DNA of 5,020 nt from a virus (taxonomy: Duplodnaviria; Heunggongvirae; Uroviricota; Caudoviricetes), in the IMG/VR virus record IMGVR_UViG_3300013835_000025; one strand, 5' to 3'. Positions 1 through 5,020 of this stretch are shown piece after piece (the stretch's first letter is position 1; each line of letters begins with the position of its first letter). A program made the position numbers and the translations under genes. Under the pieces are notes generated by a model. It ran no database searches. It saw only the letters and a program-made list of their open reading frames with translations, and was not told where the DNA came from.

Positions 1-146
1 CGATGGTTGCCGGTGTTGTTCTGGTGCAGTTTCCTGACCTGTCACTGCCTGCGGTGTGCGGCATCGGCTCCATGCTGGGTATCGCCGGTTATCAGGTGAT
101 TGAGATTGCCATTCAGCGCCGTTTTAAGGGCAGGGGGAAACCGTAA
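1..146 (+). CDS. 3' end of a holin-like gene (5' truncated by the window edge); position and hydrophobic C-terminus fit P2 gene Y
   Basis: Open frame from the window start to TAA at 144-146, translating ...VAGVVLVQFPDLSLPAVCGIGSMLGIAGYQVIEIAIQRRFKGRGKP*: a hydrophobic segment followed by a short basic tail. Its stop overlaps the endolysin start (TAATG). Holin assignment rests on position immediately upstream of the endolysin. Confidence 0.55.
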   Translation, partial: MVAGVVLVQFPDLSLPAVCGIGSMLGIAGYQVIEIAIQRRFKGRGKP

Positions 147-643
147 TGCCGGTAATTAACACGCATCAGAATATCGCCGCCTTTCTCGACATGCTGGCCG
201 TGTCCGAAGGGACGGCGAATCATCCGCTGACGAAAAACCGGGGCTATGACGTGATAGTCACCGGACTGGACGGGAAGCCGGAAATTTTCACCGACTACAG
301 TGACCACCCGTTCGCGCATGGCCGACCGGCGAAGGTGTTTAACCGTCGCGGTGAAAAATCCACGGCCTCCGGTCGCTATCAGCAGCTTTACCTGTTCTGG
401 CCGCACTACCGCAAACAGCTTGCCCTGCCTGATTTCAGTCCGTTGTCACAGGACAGACTCGCCATTCAGTTGATCCGCGAACGCGGTGCACTGGATGACA
501 TCCGGGCGGGACGCATTGAGCGCGCCATTTCACGCTGTCGCAATATCTGGGCGTCCCTGCCGGGTGCCGGTTACGGTCAGCGTGAGCATTCACTGGAAAA
601 ACTGGTCACCGTCTGGCGTACCGCTGGCGGCGTACCGGCTTAA
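146..643 (+). CDS. K: Phage endolysin, lambda R / P2 gpK family (165 aa)
   Basis: Translation begins MPVINTHQNIAAFLDMLAVSEGTANHP..., and contains ...GYDVIV...FTDYSDHP...SGRYQ...DFSP...RCRNIWASLPGAGYGQ, closely paralleling lambda R endolysin (AFLDMLAWSEGT catalytic Glu region, NIWASLPGAGYGQ) as I recall it. Strong Shine-Dalgarno AGGGGGA 8-14 nt upstream of the ATG. Confidence 0.92.
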   Translation: MPVINTHQNIAAFLDMLAVSEGTANHPLTKNRGYDVIVTGLDGKPEIFTDYSDHPFAHGRPAKVFNRRGEKSTASGRYQQLYLFWPHYRKQLALPDFSPLSQDRLAIQLIRERGALDDIRAGRIERAISRCRNIWASLPGAGYGQREHSLEKLVTVWRTAGGVPA

Positions 644-657
644 ACGGAGTAAACACC

Positions 658-1083
658 ATGAAGAAATTATCCCTTTCACTGATGCTGAACGTGTCGCTGG
701 CGATGATGCTGGCACTGTCCCTGATTTACCCGCAGAGCGTGGCCGTCAGTTTTGTCGCCACCTGGGCGATTCTGGCGACGGTTATCTGTGTGGTTGCCGG
801 TGGTGTCGGCGTGTATGCCACGGAGTATGTACTGGAACGCTACGGGCGGGAGCTGCCGCCGGAATCGCTGGCCGTGAAGATTGTCACGTCGCTGTTTTTG
901 CAGCCGGTGCCGTGGCGCAGACGGGCGGCGGTTCTGGTAGTGGTGGTGGCGACGTTTAGCTCGCTGGTCGCTACCGGGTGGATTTTTACCGCGCTGATTT
1001 ATCTCGTGGCATCGGTGTTCTTCCGGCTGATACGTACGGCCTGCCGTCAGCGTTTTGAGGGGCGGGAACCATGTCAAAGCTGA
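658..1083 (+). CDS. lysA: LysA-like lysis-timing membrane protein (141 aa, multi-pass hydrophobic)
   Basis: ATG at 658 preceded by GGAG; protein is dominated by hydrophobic stretches (LMLNVSLAMMLALSLIY, WAILATVICVVAGGVGVYA, AAVLVVVVATFSSLVATGWIFTALIYLVASVFF) consistent with about four transmembrane segments. Position directly after the endolysin matches P2 lysA. Confidence 0.8.
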   Translation: MKKLSLSLMLNVSLAMMLALSLIYPQSVAVSFVATWAILATVICVVAGGVGVYATEYVLERYGRELPPESLAVKIVTSLFLQPVPWRRRAAVLVVVVATFSSLVATGWIFTALIYLVASVFFRLIRTACRQRFEGREPCQS

Positions 1084-1496
1084 TGATTGTGCTGGTTGTG
1101 TTGTTATCACTGGCGGTGGCGGGTCTGTTTCTGGTGAAACACAAAAATGCCAGCCTGCGCGCTTCGCTGGACAGGGCAAACAACGTCGCCAGTGAACAGC
1201 AGGCGACCATCACCATGCTGAAAAACCAGCTTCATGTTGCACTCACCAGGGCAGACAAAAACGAGCTGGCGCAGGTGGCACTGCGTGAGGAACTGGAGAA
1301 CGCCGCGAAGCGTGAAGCACAGCGCGAGAAAACCATCACGAGGTTACTCAATGAAAACGAAGATTTTCGCCGCTGGTACGGTGCTGACCTGCCTGATGCT
1401 GTGCGCCGGTTGCACCAGCGCCCGGCCTGCGCAGACGCCAGTGATTGTCCACAACGCCTGCCCGAAAGTGAGCCTTTGCCCGATGCCGGGCAGTGA
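1071..1496 (+). CDS. lysB: LysB, Rz-like inner-membrane spanin (141 aa)
   Basis: N-terminal transmembrane anchor (MSKLMIVLVVLLSLAVAGLFLV) followed by a charged, helix-prone periplasmic domain (ELAQVALREELENAAKREAQREK). Start overlaps the lysA stop by 13 nt; GAGGGG lies upstream. Confidence 0.85.
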   Translation: MSKLMIVLVVLLSLAVAGLFLVKHKNASLRASLDRANNVASEQQATITMLKNQLHVALTRADKNELAQVALREELENAAKREAQREKTITRLLNENEDFRRWYGADLPDAVRRLHQRPACADASDCPQRLPESEPLPDAGQ

Positions 1497-1641
1497 CCCG
1501 GAGACGAACGGCGATTTAAGTGCCGATATCCGGCAGCTTGAGAACGCGCTGGCACGCTGTGCCAGTCAGATAAAAATGATTAAACACTGTCAGGACGAAA
1601 ACGATGCTCAAACCCGACAGCCTGCGCAGGGCGCTGACTGA
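1351..1641 (+). CDS. lysC: LysC, Rz1-like outer-membrane lipoprotein spanin (96 aa), partly embedded in the +1 frame of lysB
   Basis: Internal ATG at 1351 within the 1234..1641 ORF gives MKTKIFAAGTVLTCLMLCAGCTSARPAQTPVIV...: a signal peptide with a lipobox-like LCAGC, then a Pro-rich mature region typical of Rz1-type o-spanins. GAGG precedes the ATG. The gene overlaps the lysB 3' end and extends beyond it into R. Confidence 0.8.
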   Translation: MKTKIFAAGTVLTCLMLCAGCTSARPAQTPVIVHNACPKVSLCPMPGSDPETNGDLSADIRQLENALARCASQIKMIKHCQDENDAQTRQPAQGAD

Positions 1642-2071
1642 TGCCGTCACGGTGCTGAAAACTAACCCCGATATGCTGCGGATATTCGTGGATAACGGGA
1701 GTATTGCCTCCACACTGGCGACGTCGTTGTCATTCGAAAAGCGTTACACGCTCAATGTGATTGTGACCGACTTTACCGGTGATTTTGACCTGCTCATTGT
1801 GCCGGTGCTGGCGTGGCTGCGGGAAAATCAGCCCGACATCATGACCACTGACGAAGGCCAGAAAAAAGGCTTCACATTTTATGCAGACATCAACAATGAC
1901 AGCAGCTTTGATATCAGTATCAGCCTGATGCTGACCGAGCGCACGCTGGTCAGTGAGGTTGACGGTGCGCTGCATGTGAAGAATATCCCGGAACCTCCGC
2001 CGCCGGAGCCGGTCACCCGCCCGATGGAGCTGTATATCAATCGCGAACTGGTGAGCAAGTGGGATGAATGA
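1604..2071 (+). CDS. R: Tail completion protein R (155 aa), P2 gpR family
   Basis: ATG at 1604; 155-aa product MLKPDSLRRALTDAVTVLKTNPDMLRIFVDNGS... Length and position after the lysis cassette match P2 gene R. Overlaps lysC 3' end and the S start. Confidence 0.85.
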   Translation: MLKPDSLRRALTDAVTVLKTNPDMLRIFVDNGSIASTLATSLSFEKRYTLNVIVTDFTGDFDLLIVPVLAWLRENQPDIMTTDEGQKKGFTFYADINNDSSFDISISLMLTERTLVSEVDGALHVKNIPEPPPPEPVTRPMELYINRELVSKWDE

Positions 2072-2522
2072 GTTTAAGCGTTTTGAAGACCGGCTGACCG
2101 GACTTATTGAGTCGCTGTCACCGTCAGGGCGCCGGAGACTGGCGGTAGATATTGCGAAGAAGCTGCGCCAGCGCCAGCAGCAGCGAATTAAATTACAAAA
2201 AGCCCCGGATGGTACGCCGTATGTACCGAGAAAAAACCAACCAGTACGAAATAAGAAAGGCCGGATAAAGCGGGAAATGTTTGTGAAATTACGCACTAAC
2301 CGGTTTATGAAAGCAACAGGTAGCGAGAGTGCGGCTGTGGTGGCGTTTGCCAGCGGAGTACAACGAATTGCGCGGGTACATCAATTAGGGCTTAGGGATA
2401 AGCCGGGGCGTAACAGTGCTGTGGTGGAATATCCTGTTCGTGAGTTATTTGGTTTTGACAAGGAATCTATACAATTGATAGAAAGGGAGTTATTAGTGAT
2501 TCTATCGAAAGATGTTATATGA
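2064..2522 (+). CDS. S: Tail completion protein S (152 aa), P2 gpS family; the last ~25 codons lie in AT-rich sequence
   Basis: ATG at 2064 overlapping the R stop (ATGAATGA); product MNEFKRFEDRLTGLIESLSPSGRRRLAVDIAKKLRQRQQQRIKLQK... Position and size fit P2 gene S. Base composition falls from about 2440 onwards, so the C-terminus (...FDKESIQLIERELLVILSKDVI) may be of different origin. Confidence 0.8.
   Translation: MNEFKRFEDRLTGLIESLSPSGRRRLAVDIAKKLRQRQQQRIKLQKAPDGTPYVPRKNQPVRNKKGRIKREMFVKLRTNRFMKATGSESAAVVAFASGVQRIARVHQLGLRDKPGRNSAVVEYPVRELFGFDKESIQLIERELLVILSKDVI
2455..2484 (+). promoter_or_regulatory. Candidate sigma70-like promoter inside the 3' end of S, reading toward the cargo gene
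   Basis: Perfect -35 hexamer TTGACA at 2455-2460; after an 18-nt spacer, TAGAAA at 2479-2484 is a weak -10 (4 of 6 matches to TATAAT). Weak overall, and the region is AT-rich, so chance matches are expected. Confidence 0.18.
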
Positions 2523-3274
2523 GACGGGTGTTTGTGGATAAAAAGTTTTCCATTTTGAGAAAAAGAGTAAAGCATTCTCAAAAGAAAGTTATGGATTGTA
2601 TTATTGCCGACCATAATGCTGATATATGTGTGTTATGCGGGAGTTCTGACGATATTACTCGTGAGCACATTATTCCTCAGTGGGCCTTTGAGTCAAATGC
2701 TGAAAAATCTTTAATTAATAAAAAGAATAATCAGTCAACTCATTACATTAAAGCCACTGTACCAGCATGCAGAGTGTGCAATTCTGATTTGCTGGGAGTG
2801 TTTGAGTATAACCTGAAGAAATTTCTTACGGAAAAGAGGGGGGATGAGTTAACAGATTATGAATATGATTGCATCATATGGTGGTTGCAATACATGGGCT
2901 TTAAGTTGCAATTAATGGATTTACGGACCCGCTTTCTCAGGTATAAAGGGGGTGATTATATCCCTTTCCTTGCAAACTTCCCGGTTGCAATGTTTTGGGG
3001 GAATGTCGATACGACGCCGGGGGATGTCTTCAGGATTATACGAAAATCGCGACGCAATCTGATGTCGAAATGGAAGGATAAAAAACATAATTCTTTGATG
3101 GTTTTTGAAACATCAAACAAGAGTTTTCATTTCTTTCATAAGGTTGATGAATTTATTTTTATTGAAATGCCTCAGGTTAAGAAGGCGTTTTTCTTCTTTT
3201 TTAATAAAGAATTTGACAGCCATGATTTAGCTCATGAGGAGTGTATGAAGATTATAGAGAAGTGTTACAACTAA
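2519..3274 (+). CDS. AT-rich cargo gene: HNH-motif (zinc-ribbon ββα-Me) nuclease-like protein with an uncharacterised C-terminal domain (251 aa)
   Basis: Single uninterrupted ORF in the S-V gap. Motifs seen directly in the translation: C37-V-L-C40-G, R-E-H50-I-I-P, Asn-rich linker, C84-R-V-C87-N88, i.e. CxxC...H...N...CxxC as in HNH endonucleases. Start ATG overlaps the S stop (ATGA); an alternative in-frame ATG is at 2591 (MDCIIADH...). Codon usage is strongly A/T biased, unlike its neighbours. Confidence 0.75.
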   Translation: MRRVFVDKKFSILRKRVKHSQKKVMDCIIADHNADICVLCGSSDDITREHIIPQWAFESNAEKSLINKKNNQSTHYIKATVPACRVCNSDLLGVFEYNLKKFLTEKRGDELTDYEYDCIIWWLQYMGFKLQLMDLRTRFLRYKGGDYIPFLANFPVAMFWGNVDTTPGDVFRIIRKSRRNLMSKWKDKKHNSLMVFETSNKSFHFFHKVDEFIFIEMPQVKKAFFFFFNKEFDSHDLAHEECMKIIEKCYN

Positions 3275-3283
3275 TATTTATTA

Positions 3284-3302
3284 TGTTGTGTCACGGCTGA
3301 CA
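3284..3302 (+). promoter_or_regulatory. Inverted repeat TGTCA-CGGC-TGACA in the cargo-V intergenic region; possible activator site for a V-operon late promoter
   Basis: Perfect 5-bp arms TGTCA/TGACA with a 4-nt spacer at 3288-3301, nested in a TGT...ACA context (TGT 3284-3286, ACA 3300-3302). P2-family late promoters are described as carrying a TGT-N12-ACA partial dyad near -55 that is recognised by Ogr/Delta-type activators; here the spacing is N13 or N10, not N12, and the dyad is only about 50-65 bp from the V ATG, so the geometry is imperfect. Confidence 0.25.
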
Positions 3303-3351
3303 GAGTCCTCCATGATTGCTGCTGGTATCGTCCGGCGGCATCCTTCCCGTT

Positions 3352-3987
3352 ATGAACACTCTCGCAAATATTCAGGAACTCGCGCGCGCACTGCGCAACA
3401 TGATTCGCACCGGCGTTATCGTCGAAACCGACCTTAACGCCGGTCGCTGCCGTGTGCAGACCGGCGGCATGTGCACCGACTGGCTTCAGTGGCTGACCCA
3501 TCGTGCCGGGCGTTCGCGCACATGGTGGGCACCTTCCGTGGGGGAACAGGTGCTGATTCTGGCCGTGGGCGGTGAACTCGACACGGCGTTTGTTCTGCCG
3601 GGGATTTATTCCGGCGATAATCCCGCGCCGTCTGCGTCGGCGGATGCCCTGCATATCCGTTTCCCTGACGGGGCGGTGATTGAGTATGAACCCGAAACCA
3701 GTGCACTTACGGTAAGCGGAATTAAAACGGCCAGCGTGACGGCTTCTGATTCTGTTACTGCCACGGTGCCGGTGGTCACGGTGAAAGCATCAACCCGCGT
3801 CACCCTGGACACACCAGAGGTGGTCTGCACCAACAGGCTGATTACCGGCACGCTGGAAGTGCAGAAGGGCGGGACGATGCGCGGCAACATTGAACACACC
3901 GGCGGTGAACTCTCATCAAACGGTAAGGTACTGCATACCCATAAACACCCCGGCGACAGCGGCGGCACAACCGGGAGTCCTCTATGA
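3352..3987 (+). CDS. V: Baseplate central spike protein V (211 aa), P2 gpV family
   Basis: ATG at 3352 in frame with the 3316..3987 ORF; product MNTLANIQELARALRNMIRTGVIVETDLNAGRCRVQTGGMCTDWLQWL... matches my recollection of P2 gpV. The C-terminus (KVLHTHKHPGDSGGTTGSPL) has a His-rich apex. The track's 3316 start is a TTG with no Shine-Dalgarno. Confidence 0.88.
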   Translation: MNTLANIQELARALRNMIRTGVIVETDLNAGRCRVQTGGMCTDWLQWLTHRAGRSRTWWAPSVGEQVLILAVGGELDTAFVLPGIYSGDNPAPSASADALHIRFPDGAVIEYEPETSALTVSGIKTASVTASDSVTATVPVVTVKASTRVTLDTPEVVCTNRLITGTLEVQKGGTMRGNIEHTGGELSSNGKVLHTHKHPGDSGGTTGSPL

Positions 3988-4331
3988 CAGCGCGTTATCT
4001 CGGAATGAATCGCAGTGATGGCCTGACGGTCACTGACCTTGAGCATATCAGCCAGAGTATCGGCGATATCCTGCGCACGCCGGTCGGCTCACGGGTGATG
4101 CGTCGTGATTACGGCTCGTTGCTGGCGTCAATGATTGACCAGCCGCAGACCCCGGCGCTTGAGTTGCAGATTAAGGTCGCCTGTTACATGGCCGTGCTGA
4201 AATGGGAACCCCGCGTCACCCTGTCATCCGTCACCACTGAGCGCAGTTTTGACGGGCGAATGACGGTCACGTTAACCGGTCAGCACAACGACACCGGCCA
4301 GCCACTTTCGTTAACCATCCCTGTGAGTTGA
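3984..4331 (+). CDS. W: Baseplate wedge protein W (115 aa), GPW/gp25 family
   Basis: ATG at 3984 overlapping the V stop (ATGA), with GGGAG 7 nt upstream. 115-aa product MTARYLGMNRSDGLTVTDLEHISQSIGDILRTPVGSRVMRRDYGSLLASMIDQP...; size and position match P2 gene W. Confidence 0.88.
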   Translation: MTARYLGMNRSDGLTVTDLEHISQSIGDILRTPVGSRVMRRDYGSLLASMIDQPQTPALELQIKVACYMAVLKWEPRVTLSSVTTERSFDGRMTVTLTGQHNDTGQPLSLTIPVS

Positions 4332-4335
4332 AACC

Positions 4336-5020
4336 ATGCCGATTATCGACCTGAACCAGCTACCCGCACCGGATGTGGTCGAGGAGCTGGACTTTGAAAC
4401 CATTCTTGCCGAACGCAAGGCGACACTGATTTCCCTTTACCCGGAAGACCAGCAGGAGGCGGTCGCCCGTACCCTGACGCTGGAATCCGAACCTCTCGTC
4501 AAACTGCTGGAGGAAAATGCTTATCGTGAGCTTATCTGGCGTCAGCGTGTGAATGAGGCCGCACGGGCGGTGATGCTGGCCTGTGCCGCCGGTAATGACC
4601 TTGATGTGATTGGTGCCAATTACAACACCACGCGCCTGATTATCACCCCGGCAGATGATTCGACCATCCCGCCGACACCGGCAGTGATGGAATCTGACAC
4701 CGATTATCGTCTGCGTATTCAGCAGGCGTTTGAAGGTTTAAGCGTCGCCGGGTCGGTGGGTGCCTATCAGTATCATGGCCGCAGTGCCGACGGGCGTGTC
4801 GCGGATATCTCTGTCACCAGTCCGTCTCCGGCCTGCGTCACCATCTCTGTGCTGTCACGTGAGAATAACGGTGTGGCATCCGAAGACCTGCTGGCTGTGG
4901 TACGTAACGCCCTTAATGGCGAGGATGTCAGGCCGGTGGCCGACCGCGTGACCGTGCAGTCTGCCGCCATCGTTGAATACCAGATAAACGCCACGCTGTA
5001 TCTTTACCCTGGTCCCGAAA
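4336..5020 (+). CDS. J: Baseplate protein J (3' truncated by the window edge), P2 gpJ family
   Basis: ATG at 4336, 5 nt after the W stop; the frame stays open to the end of the window (absent from the ORF track because no stop is reached). Translation MPIIDLNQLPAPDVVEELDFETILAERKATLISLYPEDQQEAVARTLTLESEPLVKLLEEN... fits baseplate J. Confidence 0.85.
   Translation, partial: MPIIDLNQLPAPDVVEELDFETILAERKATLISLYPEDQQEAVARTLTLESEPLVKLLEENAYRELIWRQRVNEAARAVMLACAAGNDLDVIGANYNTTRLIITPADDSTIPPTPAVMESDTDYRLRIQQAFEGLSVAGSVGAYQYHGRSADGRVADISVTSPSPACVTISVLSRENNGVASEDLLAVVRNALNGEDVRPVADRVTVQSAAIVEYQINATLYLYPGPE

Noticed and set aside
113-406. 97-aa ORF on the minus strand antisense to the endolysin gene
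   Set aside because: Lies entirely within the well-supported endolysin CDS on the opposite strand; no RBS or recognisable motifs; typical spurious antisense ORF in GC-rich DNA.
486-1179. Alternative-frame ORFs 486..959 (+, 157 aa) and 676..1179 (-, 167 aa) overlapping K/lysA/lysB
   Set aside because: Their translations are low-complexity Arg/Gly/Pro/His-rich strings characteristic of off-frame reading of GC-rich coding DNA; the in-frame genes have coherent membrane or enzyme features and proper RBSs.
1234-1350. N-terminal 39 codons of the 1234..1641 ORF upstream of the lysC Met
   Set aside because: This is a +1-frame read of lysB; the biologically sensible start is the ATG at 1351, which has a GAGG RBS and begins the signal peptide/lipobox.
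1730-2296. 188-aa minus-strand ORF antisense to R and S
   Set aside because: Overlaps two well-supported plus-strand genes, has no RBS and no recognisable domain; the whole region is a unidirectional operon.
2381-2614. 77-aa minus-strand ORF spanning the S/cargo junction
   Set aside because: Low-complexity Asn/Ser-rich translation, antisense to two coding regions, no upstream RBS; the open frame is most likely a chance result of AT-rich composition.
3284-3305. Palindrome TGTCA-CGGC-TGACA as a rho-independent terminator after the cargo gene
   Set aside because: The stem is only 5 bp and is followed by GAGTCCTCC, not a U-tract, so it does not look like an intrinsic terminator; a protein-binding dyad is more plausible.
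3316-3351. TTG at 3316 as the V start codon (the ORF-track start)
   Set aside because: No Shine-Dalgarno upstream, and the 12 extra residues (MLLVSSGGILPV) are not part of the gpV N-terminus as I recall it (MNTLANIQ...); the ATG at 3352 is preferred.
3271-4046. Minus-strand ORFs 3271..3654, 3434..3706 and 3606..4046 antisense to V
   Set aside because: Arg/Pro/Ala-rich off-frame translations of GC-rich V coding sequence; V on the plus strand is strongly supported.
4760-4994. Small ORFs 4760..4951 (+) and 4773..4994 (-) within J
   Set aside because: Both lie inside the open J reading frame (which is missing from the track only because it has no stop within the window) and show no independent coding signal.
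1-5020. CRISPR arrays, tRNA/rRNA genes, IS elements or transposase/integrase genes
   Set aside because: No regularly spaced direct repeats, no tRNA-like cloverleaf candidates, and no ORF with transposase or integrase motifs; the only mobile signature is the compositionally foreign cargo cassette itself.

Overview
This window reads as a contiguous same-strand (+) block from the late region of a P2-like (Peduovirus-type) enterobacterial prophage. In order: the 3' end of a holin gene, a lambda-R/P2-K-type endolysin, lysA, an overlapping lysB/lysC spanin pair, tail completion genes R and S, baseplate genes V and W, and the 5' part of J. Between S and V sits a single strongly AT-rich gene (2519..3274, 251 aa), in sharp contrast to the GC-rich phage backbone. 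Its N-terminus carries a clear HNH/zinc-ribbon nuclease signature (CxxC ... EH ... N ... CxxC), followed by about 160 aa with no motif I recognise. This slot corresponds to the known low-GC cargo position between S and V in P2 (orf30). I rate this gene the most interesting object in the window: a candidate single-protein anti-phage or exclusion nuclease, with a freestanding HNH homing endonuclease as the main alternative. No tRNA, rRNA, CRISPR array or transposase is visible. All family assignments come from reading the translations and from memory, not from a database search.
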